Origin: Ptychomitrium polyphyllum
Lineage: Eukaryota
NCBI GenBank assembly: GCA_973851085.1
Contig: OZ316776.1
Location: 11,470,001 to 11,534,000, forward strand
Direction of reading: 5' to 3'
Length of the DNA: 64,000 bases
Shown in pieces: positions 11,701 through 25,550 of this stretch. How positions within the stretch are numbered: the first letter of the stretch is position 1; every line of letters begins with the position of its first letter. The notes below the pieces were generated by a model. The model did no database searches. It had not been told where the DNA came from and saw only the letters and a list, made by a program, of their open reading frames with translations. Both the position numbers and the translations under genes were made by a program.

Positions 11701-13719
11701 ATCTGTTTGTTTGTATTGCTCCTAGACATCGATTTGCTGTTGCTCTAACAAGCAGTTATTTCCTTGTAGGTAGCGTTTCTTGCAGCTATGGTTGGACCAC
11801 GAGTAGCTGCAGCAGCTGCACAAGCTGCACTAGCCGCATTAACGCAGAAGGACCCTGGATTGCGGCTTGCAGCAAGCACCGCAATCACAATGGAGCTCCC
11901 CAAGGTTCATTTACCAAGTTCTTTGCAACAGCCTGACAGGTTCGACTTGGCTTTTGATTAATGATCCTTCACATTTACATTTAAATAACTGGTCTTGTCC
12001 TAATAATAACTGTTCAAAGTGGCTCTTCTCGTAATCCTTCTCTACAATATGCTACAATATTTATACAGTGTTTAGACATCTACACTATCCACATGGTAGG
12101 ATTAACTTTTCTGTGTGCAAGTGGTACGTGAGTAATCATCAACTCTTTGCGGTATACGTAGTTCACAAATAAGCCTGTTTTATGATAACATCCTGATTGA
12201 GGACAAAGTTTCGAGCCACAGAATATGTACATAGCAAGTTTCAACTAGCTCTGCTCTTGACGTTTGCAGGTTAGCTTCAGCAGGTTCTGCAGTGCGTAGT
12301 GTTAGTGATGCAATCCAACCAAGCACTGCTGAAGCTGGCTCAGTTGGTGGGGCCTCGGTCTCTGGACAAGAGAGTATCGCGCCTGTGAAGCCCGATATTT
12401 CCAGTCGCCCTTTTCCCGGCTTTGGTACTGGTAAGCGTTATAATCCTTGCGTTTCATTACGAGTTTCTCTGAGCTCTTAATGTGACAGAGAATCAGACAT
12501 GATGATCAGTGTGCACCTGTGCACTTGGACTAAATATGTTGTCAAATTATGCAAAGCGGTGCTCTTTGTTAGACTTTGCAAATGTCTGAACTAAAGGAGG
12601 GCGGATTTTTAGGTGGAGCAGTTCTGCCAAGGACTGAATTAATTGGGAAGTTATACAAGCCAGAGGAAGTCCTTAGCAGTGCTCATGTAAAGCGTGCTGC
12701 GACAAGTGCAATGGCAGCTGCTGCTGTCAAAGCAAAACTGCTCGCCGACCAGGAGGAACGTGAAATGCAGCGTTTAGTCACTATTGTTATTGAGCATCAG
12801 GTAATATGCTTAAAGACAGGTCCTATTATGGGTGTTTCGTTGTTATCCTGTTATTTAAATTATTAAAGGCAAGTTAGTTTGGGCTTTAGTTATAACTCGT
12901 TCATGAACTTTTGGGCTTCGGTCAAGACGGTTCGAGGATTGAGTACTTCAGAAACATAAGTCGTTCTGTTGCTTGCAACTGCTCAAGAGTTGTATTAAAG
13001 CGACACTAAGCATTGTATTCCTAGATTCGGGAATGCGGACGAGTTACATTCTATTCAACTGCTTAGATTTTTTTCTCTTCAAGTATAATTAAAAAACTGA
13101 GCTAGAAATTGTGTTGCAGCTGAAGAAGCTGGAACTGAAGTTGAAGACCTTCAATGACTTGGAAACAATGCTATCCAAGGAATGTGAGTCTGTAGAGCGT
13201 GCTCGACAAAAGATCTACACAGAGCATGCCCGAATGGTGGCCACTCGATTGGGTACAAGCTCGAGTCCGAATCCACCTGGTACTCTTGGAGCTGGGCAGC
13301 AATCTGGTATGCCTGGACAGAGACCTGCTGGGTACACATTCGGACCTGGCGGTCAGGCCACTCCAGTGCATACACCAGGATCTGCTTCTAGTTTTCAAGG
13401 AATCAACCCTTCAGGTGTTGCTCCATCTTCAGGCTTACAGGGGCTTGCAAGACCAGGGACTGCAGGAGCAATGTCAACACCACAAGGGCAATTCATGAGA
13501 CAGGGAATGGTTGGAGGAGCCACACCTCCTCAATCAGTGGGGCGAACAGCACTGCCTCAAGGAGCTGGAATGACAACACCCTCTCCACAGCAGCCTCTTG
13601 GAAGACCCTCGATGCTCAGTGCGAACACCCCTGTTCAAACACCTGCAAGACCTCTAACAGCTCCTCCAGGAATGTCGCGACCTGCACCAGGAGGCGCATC
13701 CAGTGGTACACCACAATAG
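8715..13719 (+). CDS. SWI3D: SWI/SNF complex subunit, SWI3D-type (~933 aa); exons 8715-8760, 9450-10067, 10364-10890, 11059-11550, 11770-11939, 12270-12430, 12613-12800, 13120-13719
   Basis: Has SWIRM (IPSHAGWFSW...[10 protein letters not shown]), a ZZ zinc finger ([27 protein letters not shown]), SANT ([14 protein letters not shown]), and the SWIRM-associated NPVMAQVAFL and [17 protein letters not shown] blocks. Exons sum to 2802 nt, in frame. Confidence 0.93.
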
Positions 13720-16700
13720 ATTTGGAATATGCAGTAGATGGAACGTCTACTGTAACTTAGGAAGGGGTTAGATTGTAGACTTATTTTACAAGTTGGCTTT
13801 AGCGTTCTAGTGATTTTAAAGCTGTATTTGAGTTCATAAACACTCAACGAAAGCTGCTTCATCGACAGGAATTTCGTAAGTATAAAGAAGCATTGCTATT
13901 GTTTTTCTCAGTAAGAGGGTAAATTGGACTTTTATTATACATTTTCCTTTGATTTGAAGTTTGGCTCAATTGCTTTTCTCGTAGACGAAAGATGGTCTTA
14001 CTTCCACTCGTTACGAGTTGTTCATTCACAATGGTATTATGAAACAACACAATAGTATTGTGGTGTATTTAGCACATTTCTTTGGCAAGTGGCTAACACG
14101 TATGAGAAGGCAGTCTTGTTGACTGATCCCCATACCACTTTCGTGATGGGCACGGCACGCAGACCTGAAGTTCTGGACGTAAGGGAAGGAACTGCTGCAG
14201 GCCATCATGATATTTTCGAACCTCAATATATGTGCGGCATTATTGCAGTCGATGGTCGTATGAGGCCCAAGAAGAGATTGGTGAAAGCAGTAGTTACAGA
14301 GTTGTTTCAGATCATGACTTCATGATTACCCTGTATGGAACAGATATCAGTGGTTATCTGAATATCTTAACAAGCCATGGTATCTCTGCTGTAAATTTTT
14401 CTTTTAGCATCCAAAAAAAGAGGAGAAAAGAAACATAACGGGTTGTAGTTGTTGCTTGCAATTTGGACTGAGTTTCAAGTCACAGAGCACTCCTGAAAAA
14501 ATCCTCATATCTCCCTCAAAGCGAAGCAAAAGAAGAGGAGCGAGGCGGAGAGGGGTCGTTGACGATTCTTCCTCTCTTCACAAACTCCGGCTCAAGAGAA
14601 ACGAGGACAGTACGAACTTACAGCGGCGGGTAAAAAGAGGCATCTAATATTCATAATGGTCTGTACATTGAAACATAAGCACTCGCATCAGCACGACGTG
14701 GCCAGGCCTAGAATATCAAGACTGCAGATGAGTACTGCAAGTACATGTAGTGCGTTTATATTTGAATCAGTTCCTTCACAAGTCTTACAGGTCAGCCCTC
14801 ACCAAAACAGATTGCGGAGCCTGATATTATTGTTTTTAAACAGCAACCTATCAGAAAATGCCTGATAAGTCTGCTCATGAAAATTCATTCACTACGTAGA
14901 ATGGTTGAGTGCCATTACCGACAGCGAACACCTAAAAGACTCCAAAACACCCAACTGTCTCAGGTTATACTGCAACAAGCCAGTTTCTATGAAGTGGGGA
15001 TTCACAACTCATAGCTTCGTAGCTTTGTAGTGAATAGCACTGAGCTGTCAGCTTGGTAAAGCTACACGACACAATAAGGTGCAACAACTGAATACTTAAC
15101 ATTAAAGAAAGAACAATGCAACAAGCGCTAGATACAGTAAGCAAAAGGTTCGTATGTAAATCCTCGGCACATTCTTCAATGCCTCCCGTAGATTCCAGAG
15201 GGTCCTGAAGATGCTTCTGGGCTCCTCGTCTTCCCATCTTGAAGTTTTAAGTTTTATTTCATTTTTAGATGTATTTCTTTAGAAGGCATCATTTGATTTT
15301 CACCCAGAGGACTTATCCACAATCCTCCGAATGTATTCGAAGGAAGAATAACCATGGCTTCAAGGTACCCTGTTAGCATAACAATTTTCCACCACTAGTG
15401 ACGAATCTAACTCTTCTAGAATATCGAAGCACCAATTTGGTACAACTGGGTCCACTCCCAGCTGATTCTTTTATTGGCCCAGGGTTACCATTGCAAGAGA
15501 GCGAATGCAGTCAGATTCTGAAACCATCCCATGTATAAAAGGTGACCTCCGTCCACTTTCTATTCCTCGTTTCCCAGCAAACTGAGCATAAAGTCCTCGG
15601 TTAACACGGAATTCAATCCAGTGATACTGTAACAAACCAGTATCGTGTAGGCCTGTCATGGACCTCGCACCTTGCTTTCCCTGCTAAAGCAAAAGGTTCG
15701 CCGCACGAAGGGATCAGCTGACTCAGGTGTCCACCAATTTTCAAGGATTTTGGAGGCCCCATTTTTCTAGCATGATTCTGCCAAAACCATCTGGTTTCTG
15801 TGGGGTAGTAGGGGTCAGGTGGTTTAGCGGCACGGCACTTGCCTCTGTCCAGGAATATATGTCTTTGATTCTGTACAATATGATTTTTATTTTTATTTTT
15901 CAGATGGGTGTTATTGGTATTTGTTCTTTTATTTTAGAGAAACATTATACTATGTGAAAATTGAAAGTGTTCAAACTCCTATCTATTCATATAACAAAGG
16001 TGATTGAAACAGCGAGAGAGTATTTGAACTTTAGGAATTTTATCGCCTTATTGCATATAATATATAAAAGTATACTTTCAAACAACTAATTGTAATGATC
16101 ATTGATATTTTATATATACAGCTATTTTTATGGTGTCTGCTTTGTGAACTTCAAGATTATAAAAATATATATTATAAAAATATCATTTATAATATCCAAC
16201 ATCATCAATATTGTCAATCAAACAGCATCTTGAAAATATAGCATATGTTCATATTAAGTTTGAACTTCACAATTTAAAATTCAATACAAAGAAAATTCAT
16301 CAAAAAAACATAAATATAAAATAGAACAAAATCAGAAATACAAAGTAGTAAAAAATTGGAAAAAAAAAATTTGGAACTATTTGAAATAAGGAGGATAAAC
16401 CTTATAATAAACATGAACAAAAGAGTAGATAGCTTTGAGGTGAAAAAATCACTTAGTTTCTTTCCAAGCCCATCTTTTATCTCTTCTTAGCACTCCATCT
16501 TCTTGCTTTTATTTTCATCAATTCATTTTTCTTTCCTTTCCTTCCACCATCCTATTATTCTCCTACTTTCTTTCTTTATCCATTTCTATTGCACCCTTTT
16601 CCAAAAACATGTCTCTCCACTTCCATTAATAATCTTTCTAATCCATATCTCACATTTTTTATTCATCTGCTCTTAACTTGTCTCTCTTTTACTCCTTCTT

Positions 16701-19700
16701 TATGAAAAGATGAATAAATGAAATATTAATATTTTTATGTAACTTTGAGGCTGTAAAAAGAACATGTTTTCAAATTAATTAGAAGTCATTTTACATTTTA
16801 TAATTAAAGATTTTATTCTATCTATTCATATTACATAATACAATCATTGCATTCCAACCAATTTAAGATTCTATATAAAATTACTAATTACTAAAGCACT
16901 ATTAGATTGAGGTTTTTAATGAAAGTACCTCCTTTAAGATTTCATGTTATTTTCAATAATTACAAATACAATTTTTTGTAGAATATTCTATTAATCAATA
17001 TGACATTTTAATTAGTATAATATTCTTTAATTTTTTTCATCATTATAATATTGATTTATATTATTGAAACGTATACATTGTTTGTAATCAAGATTGTGTT
17101 TCATCAAAATTGTTTTTAAAATACTACCACTTACATAGAAAACATTTAAATACTAGCCAAATATTTTTTTTAATATAAAAATGATATAGAATTAAAAAAA
17201 TTTAGAACCAATATCCAAACAAACTATAATTGCAAATGATTTGCATTTAACATGCTTTAATCTATACACATTTTTTATTTGTGGCCAATGATTGTTTTAT
17301 TGATTTTAGACTAAAAATTTCCATAATTAATTAATATTTGATTAAAATTCTACAATTTTGTAGACTTAAATTCTCCAATGTTACTTTACACTATTTTAAA
17401 CTATATATTTTGTTCATCTAAGGTTCTATAATACTTAGAATATTTAAAAATACAATCATTTACACACTTTTCTAATAATTAATAATATTTAAAAAAATTG
17501 TCAAATACAAAATATTTTATGTTTTGTAATATACATCTATGTTTTGTGATGAACATTTATGTTCTCTAAAAAAGGTTTTAAACAAAAAATCATTTTATTG
17601 AAAACATTTATATTCTTAACAAATATGTACCATTAACGTCAAGGTTCTATTTTGTGTGCAATGTTAAAAATGTAGTTTTTCATTATTTATTAAGTAATTC
17701 AACATTCTATTTAAAACCATTAACCTTATTCATATAAATTCAAAACTTATTGATCAATAATTTATTTTATAAAATAAAAAATTATTAAAAACAATGAATA
17801 GCATTAGAAGGTCCGTTTGTGCAACAAAGATCAAAACATGTGAGTTCAATCAAAGTGACAATAAAATCACTTATGGAGTGTCAAGTTGAGAATTGAAATA
17901 ACCACATTTAGTGCTGCTAAGGCTCTATATTTTTACTTGCCTTTAATGACTTTAAAAAAAACAAAAAAGTCCTTCCCTAGTTGATCTTTCATTATTTTTT
18001 CACTAATGATTTGCTAAATTTTCCTTAATCTTTTGTTAATCTTTTAGACACATTATTTTTTTATTTCTTTCTTAATAATGAATTTTCTTTGCTTGAGTCA
18101 TATTTTTTTAAATAAAAGAACCACATTTGGCCATAGTAGTGATAATGATGATGAAATGGTGGCTAATAGCTCTTAAAAAAATGTATTAGCTTCCAAAAAT
18201 ATAGACTGTTTGATGGCCACTTGAAATGATGAACAAATAGAATTTATTTAATAAGAAAATATTAAGATGGATTTATTTATAGCTTTGAAAATACTTGTGT
18301 TGATTCTGTTAATAAAAACCTTGACTTATAGCAGGCAATGAAGCTAAATTCCATTTAGTGACAAGTCTAAAAACATGTTAAATTGACTTTTGATTAAAAA
18401 TAGAATAGAATAATGAACATGATCTTAGAAAAGTCTTCATGAATACTAATATAAAAGGAGGTTGTGGCCAAAGGCACAGGCTCTTTGGTAGCCATGCCAA
18501 CCTTGTATTATGTGATGAAGAGAGTGTTATGGAATTTAGGTGGTATTATAATATTGATGTAGTGTTATGGAGTTATAGATGTGAAGTGTGTAATCTTGAT
18601 TACAATATACAAAGGATGAGAGTGTTTTGTGTATGAAGGAGTTGGAGTTATGTGATAGTCGATGTTCGCAATTATTGCGAAACAAATTTGCACCTCACAT
18701 GACCATCACCAGGAGAGCTGGGGCAATACACTGGGTGCATATAATACAATATAAATTTATATTAAGTAGGAGGGTGGTGGGGGTGATGCTATGGAATGTC
18801 ACCGGCGTGCTATCGCGAGTGTTCATCGCCTGCAGATATTCACCACGGTCATTCCAATCCGATAGCGAGAGATATACTAATCTACTCTGTTATGCCTCAT
18901 CCAGAAACACTATAATATTGACATTATCAATAAAAGTACAGAAGAAGGTTTGCGTGCACTATGCGTCGGATTCATGTACTGTTCGCAGTGGCACAAGTGG
19001 ACATGCGAAAGCTCCAAGGTCGGGGGAAGCTCGAAATAGAATATGACGAGGAGACGGAGCTGTCACGTCGGATATTTTCATGGAGGGGATGGACGCAAGT
19101 AGAGTGGCTCGCCTCATCAAGAGGGCAGCAGGCAGCGTCACTGTGGGAGGCGGCTTCCAGACACAGATTCTGCACCAGTTCTCATGAGATGCGGTGAACA
19201 TTCGTCCTTGTCCTCTGCCGCTAGCATGAACCGAAACCATACACCAAACCAAAAACACGTAGTCATATTTAATTTTGCAGACCTGCAAGTGGCCCGTGCC
19301 GAGGGCTTCGGTGCTTGAATTACTTCCCAGTCCATACTTTTCTCTGCTTTTCTCAAGTTACTGGAGCCTTCAAAGAGCATTGCGTTTCCAAGCACAGATG
19401 ATCTAACCGTTCAGAATGCATATAAACGCACAAGCTTTTTTCTGAATTTCTGGAGGTTCTCCGGAGGAATCTTAAGAAGATTTTTAGGGATTGCTTTTAT
19501 CCCACACTTCTGGTTCTACAGGCGAGTTTACACCTGGGGGAGAGAGAAGAAGCAAAAATCTTCAACCCAAGATGTGAGTAGTTTAGGTGAAAGATAATTC
19601 TTGGGAGAAGATGGGTAGACGTTAAAATAATTAAGGTGGACCAGCTCATATGGACCAGCTCTTAGATTGCCATCCCAAGAGCATTCTTAAAAACAATCAA

Positions 19701-20955
19701 TAAAAAAATAATTTCTTGCAATATTCTTCTGCCATATAGGCAACTAACTTATTTCTAATCCATTTTCAATTTGTTTTTCCTGAGAGGCAACAAAACAAGG
19801 CATCATATCTTGTGAGTGACAGAACTTGCAGATTTTGACAAGCCATATTGTTAAAATTCTTTAAATAGGGTAAAGACCTCTTCGTTTGTGGCAACGGGTG
19901 AAGGTCTAACTTGGCCCTAAATTGAAAGCACAAAACCCCCAGCCTTTCCTTTAGTGCCAGATTACACCTTCTCTCGTCACCACAGTGACCCAGAGCCCAA
20001 GTTTGGGCATGTCAATGTAGCATTGAAATCGACCTGCTGATCCGGTATTTCATGAATGACTGCCGACTCTTTTTTCCAGGTTTGACGTTGAGGGTATAGA
20101 TTTCGTCGTTACCGCCGGGTACCAAGCTACAGTCGAAAGTTTGAAGGTTGAATTGGTTATTATACCAGCTTTATTTTGTCCACTCAACAGTTATTGAAGT
20201 TTCTTGCGCTTGTTTTACTAAAAAGATATTTCGTCAAAGGGCCCCGCCGACCAGCAACTGATTCGAAACTGGTTGATATTTGAGATGATCATTCTTCTTC
20301 AAGCATATGGACGAATCCTCAATGGAGCTACAACGCAAGGTCATGCATATAATAGAACAATGTGACAATTGACAAAAACAGTGTAATCAGACAATGCCAT
20401 ATAGGACTAGCAGCTCAAAATTGCTTGCACATTGATCAGTGATTGTGTCCTTGAATGTGAAGATAGGAAAGGGATTCAGATCATACCACAATAAGAGCTA
20501 GGTGGCCATGAATGCGTTCAGTTTATTGCAAGAAACATTATCAGATCTGTATTACTGCTGCATAGCATCTGTAAAATGGCAGTGTAATGGAATTAGCACC
20601 ACATTTCTAAGTCTTCCTTCTAACATCTCCTAATTGGATTTTCTCCGGTGTGTTTCTCTGCTAACTACTCTACAAAGCTCTGAGAGCTGCTGTGCTGCAT
20701 TGCTGACAGTGTTCTGGTACTACACATTTAAAAAACTGGTGGCAATGCAAGTCATCACATAATCATCCGTTTGTTGCACCTCCACCATGGACAATAAAAA
20801 GAACACATGATTCTTCCTTCTCCTTGTCCTTGAACGTACACAACCAGCGCGCCACCTCCACTAGCACCGGGATGACCAACAACCACCATCACCCCATTTA
20901 CAGCCATGGCACACGCCCTAGATGCTTGGCTTTCGAAGATCAATCGCATAAATTT

Positions 20956-23678
20956 CTAAGCTATGGTCTTGTCATCTTGATACAACTCCTTCTCCTTGGC
21001 CATGATAGATTCGTTGGCCTCCATCTTCTTGTGCTTCTCCTTCTCCAGCAAGTATAGCCGCTCCGACTCCGGCATAGACGACATAACGGCCTTGAGGCGG
21101 GAGCTAATGTCGTCCAGGCGCTCAAACAAGATGTCGCTCGTGAACATGCCCATGATGATGAAGGAGATGGTGTCCCAGCTCTCGTATAAGGGCAGGATGA
21201 TGATCACGGCGGACCCGACTGTGCCCCAGATGATTGCAATGGCGGCCCAGAACGTGAAGTAGCCAGCGGAGAAGACCTTCGCGGGGAGGGCTAAGATGGG
21301 CCAGATGATTACGATAAGGATGGTGAACCCGACGCCCCACTTGATGATCCAGTTGCGCGCGTGCTTCAGCTTGGCCTCGTTGTACTCATCCTCGGGCACA
21401 TCCGAGTTGTCGAGCTCCACCATAGTGATGTGCTTGGTGGAGTTCCAGTCGTAATTCTGGGGGTGAATGAAGGAGAGGATGCCGTGCACTGCGCCGCCCG
21501 TGAGGATAGACACCAAGTTGCCCGCCAGCATGGGCGCGTTGCGGCCTGTGGTGTCGAGGTTGACGCGCTTGTACATCACTGCGGTGACCGACAGCCACGT
21601 GATGATGCCCGCCGCGCACCCAACGATGCAGCCCGCAATGGCGCCCTTGGCGTTCGCCTTACTCCAGAGCAGCAAGAACGCCACAGGGATCACAGCCGAC
21701 CCGATGAACACCCCCATGGCGAGATACATCCAGCCCAGCGACACCCCCGCCTTGTTCAACAGGATTGCCAACACCCCCATGAAACACCCGAACAACAATA
21801 CAATCGATCGCGACACCCACAGAATTTGCTTGCCCGTCGCCTTGGGGTTGATGTACGTCCGATAAATATCATAAGTGCACAGCGACGAAAACGCAATCAT
21901 TTCAGACGACCCCGCAGACGTCACAGCCCTGCGGATGCACATACCATCCACACCATAAATAACGGGTCCATCCAAACCAAGCATCAAAATTGAGATCCAA
22001 AACCGTCAAAAACAGGGGATCGACCATCACTCACATGAAAAGCATGGTGAGAAGCAGAATGGCACCACCCTTGCCCATGAGCGCAGTCGCGGTAGCGGGT
22101 GGGACAAGGCCGTGGTTGGCCTCATCGGCAGTGATGGGAAGCCCCAGAGACAAAGCGCCCAAACCCAACGACGTTGCCAGCGAAAATGGCACTGCGAACC
22201 ACACCAAGCCGCCCAACAAGTAGCCCTTGTGGGTGGACGAGGGACGTGCAGCGATGGCGCTTATCCAGTAGCCCTATAATCGAGCAACACCATTCCATCC
22301 CGAACGTGTTAGCAAACGATTGTATACCCAGCAAAGGATTGAGTTGAGTTTGGAAAAAGCAGGAGTATGACGTACATTGTCGACGAAGACGGTGCCGAAG
22401 TTGCCCACGATATTGATGATGCCGAAGACGAGGCCACCAGTAGAGAGCATGGTGAGGTAGGAACCGCCGTTGTTGCCGTGCACGGGACCGCAGGCCTGGC
22501 TGTGGTGGTTGAGGGGCTCGACGCAGCTGGGGATGTGCACGATGTCGGATAGGAGCCTGTGGACTTCCTTCGGGGAGCCGAGCTTCTTGCTGGAGACGTA
22601 GACAAGGAACACGAAGATGACGAGCACGACGTGCACCACCACCGAGTGCAGGTACGACGCAAGGAATGTGGCCTTGAGGCCGCCATGCAAGGTATAGACC
22701 ACCACGCCCAAGGGGATGAGGAAGCTGGCGGCGTACAGGTTCATGCCCGTGAGCGCGTTCACCACTGAGGAGCCTCCCAGCAGGAGCATGGAGGACACGA
22801 TGATGTTGGTCAGGAAGCAGAAGCACAGGAAGACGATATGCGTCGCCGTACCCCATCGCGCGCGCACTATCTCGCAGATGGTGTGCGCTGCTGGTGCCTT
22901 GCGCTTGATCTCGATGGCCAGCACGCCGAAAAGCAGCACCTGGACCGTGGCGCCCGACGCGTACCAGAACGGCCCCGACACCCCGTATTGCCATGCAACG
23001 TTGGAGCTCTGCAAGATCGTCGCCGCCCATGTCCACTGCAAGCCGACATCATGGGCCCCCGCAAACCAACTTCCGTCAGAGAAACGTGCACTGAAACTTC
23101 AACAACAACCTTATAGCGTAGAAACTGATGCCTGATTAGTTGACTGAGTTAACAATGTTTAATTGAAGAGCAATCAATCACCTGAGAGACAATGACACTG
23201 GCGATCAGACCAGTTTTGATATTCCTTCCTGCGGTGTTGAACCACTCCGAATTATGCCGGGAGAAGATGTACCGCTTCTCCAGCCACACCTGTAGAGGAA
23301 TACTACCCAATCAATCACTTACCAAATCCGAAGATCCAATTTTGATCAGAAATCAAGAACGTCTATGTGAGTAGTAATGCAACAATCTATCAACCTGGAC
23401 TTTTCAATAAATCAATCCAAACAGAACCGAACCGAATCCTGTAATCACAATGCTGTCGATCAATCAACATGCTTGGTAGTGTAGGGACGTCACTAGCCAG
23501 ACAGACATACCAAGAAAGATGTAACGACAGCGAAGAGAGCACCGAAGCCGAGCACAACACCATATCCGATTCCTTGGGACAGCAGGGGCTTGCCTCCGAA
23601 GTAACTCGACTGGCGAGTGCACACGCCGTTGATCACCGAATAGTACTCCGCCCCAGGCAAGTTCGCCGGACACGCCAT
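20956..23678 (-). CDS. DUR3: Urea-proton symporter DUR3 (sodium:solute symporter family, ~715 aa); exons 23678-23511, 23289-23182, 23035-22376, 22273-22035, 21928-20956
   Basis: Contains the characteristic [52 protein letters not shown] and AVTSAGSSE segments and many TM helices. Exons sum to 2148 nt, in frame. Confidence 0.97.
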
Positions 23679-25344
23679 CTCGGCACCCGAGACTCAACAC
23701 AGGCTGAGTTGATGATCGGCAGTCGGCACTCTACTACTGTGTGTCCGCCAAGACAGACAAGGGAGTCGGCCCTTCACAGCAGCAGAAGGAGAATGAGTTG
23801 GCTACTGTTGCGCCAGAGGCTTTATACACTGCTGGGGTGAGAATCTCATCAGCCCCCAATGTCCAATTGCATGCCGAGCTTCGACCCTACCGGCGACTAT
23901 TTATAACCTCTACCTTGTCACACCTTCCAAAGATCCCCAAGGAATGCGAGGTTTCAGGTCAAGCCTCTGCAACTGTCAATGATCTGCACCCTCCCAAATA
24001 CTGCAAAAAACTAAACACCACCCTGGATGTTCCACCGTTAAACACGGCGGAAGCCCAAAATGCCTTACCACGTCTGTAACTATTGGTACATGAGCTTGTC
24101 ACTGATATTTGGCCGCATGTACAGGAATTAGTGTGCAGCTGGGCTGGCCTACAGTACCCTCATTCAAAGAAGAGATCAGTAGTGTTCTACATGAGGGAAA
24201 AGAAAAAGATCAGTGGGTTAGGCATTCTGTGAAAGTATGGAATCTGCTAAGCGCGCAATGAGCAAGGTACCAGGGCGGTGGAGGAGGCAGGAATCGGGGG
24301 CACTCTCGACCGCTAATTGCTTCCCATTGCAGAGAATTGATTAGTTTAATTACAGCCGTACTGATATGTATATAAGACTCCTCAAGAAGTAATTAGCACT
24401 ACGTCTAGTATCTCACTTTCACCTCCAACCCTGACCTCTACTAGTAACCAGATTCCTGCTTCCACTCCACTATAAAGTCCTCTCCAAGTCGATAGATTCC
24501 CACCACCGCTGTAGAATTCTCTCTCAGCGCTGTGAAATATCTTCACTTACCTCACATGCAAACCGAAATTCCCAAACACGAAAATTCAGAGATAGTAAAA
24601 GCGTGAGCTTGGAATCTAATTAGAAATTGGGTCCACCAGGGGTAGAATCTAGCAAGCTGCCTAGAGAGGCTAATCTGCAACGTGCAAGAGTCTAACTTCG
24701 CTGCAGAAAATGGATGCCTTCCTCTTTAATCCCGAAGTGCCGGTCAACAGTTGCCCATCCCATCCCCCACCTCAGGACGCTATGCTTTTTCCGGGTTTTC
24801 TGCAAATTCCTTCCATCATTGAATTGGAACCTGGAGAAGAAAATGATCATACAAAAGGAAAAAACAGAGCTCTGGGACCTGCTGATGCTTTGACAGGTTA
24901 CCTTACCTTTGGGTGCAGTTGCAGATCCCAATTCCGTTGGTGGTATCATTTATGGGGGTAATCTCAACAGCGGTCCAGGGACACGAAGTGTGCCGCGGAG
25001 TGAACACATAAACATGGACATGCAGGTACAAAGTGCCCCTTCAAGTGGATCTCCTCTGAGCACAAGAAGAGATTCTGAACCAAATGGTTCTCACTTTATG
25101 TAAGAATAAACAACCAACTTGAGCCGTACATATTGTAATGTAACTTAAAGTTATCCTGTACTAGACTTAATCTTCATCAATGCCGTTATGCTACCAGAGT
25201 TTGAGATCCTTTCCGGGGATGCAAGTGGGAAAGATGGTCGGGTGAAACTTGTGAAATTCTTTTGTTACAAGTGAAGTAGTCAATACTTTTGTTACATTTC
25301 TATGAACTCTTATTAAATTGTTGTTTTTTGTGATTTTATATTCA

Positions 25345-25386
25345 CACGCATATATACATACACACATGCATGCATGTGTGTGTGTA

Positions 25387-25453
<67 letters not shown>

Positions 25454-25550
25454 GTATGTGTGTATGTATATGTGTATGTATATGTGTATATATGTACGTG
25501 TACGTGTACGTGTACGTATGTGTATGTATTTGTTGTGCATACATGTACAT
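25345..25550. repeat. Compound purine-pyrimidine microsatellite, core (TGTATG)n with (TG)n and (TACGTG)n segments
   Basis: Directly visible. It accounts for the spurious HT/CV/YV-repeat ORFs in the track. Confidence 0.95.

Noticed and set aside
18627..19395. Cluster of short ORFs downstream of DUR3
   Set aside because: No consistent splice model or recognisable motif.
20996..23135. Long plus-strand and alternate-frame ORFs over DUR3
   Set aside because: Shadow ORFs caused by high GC3.
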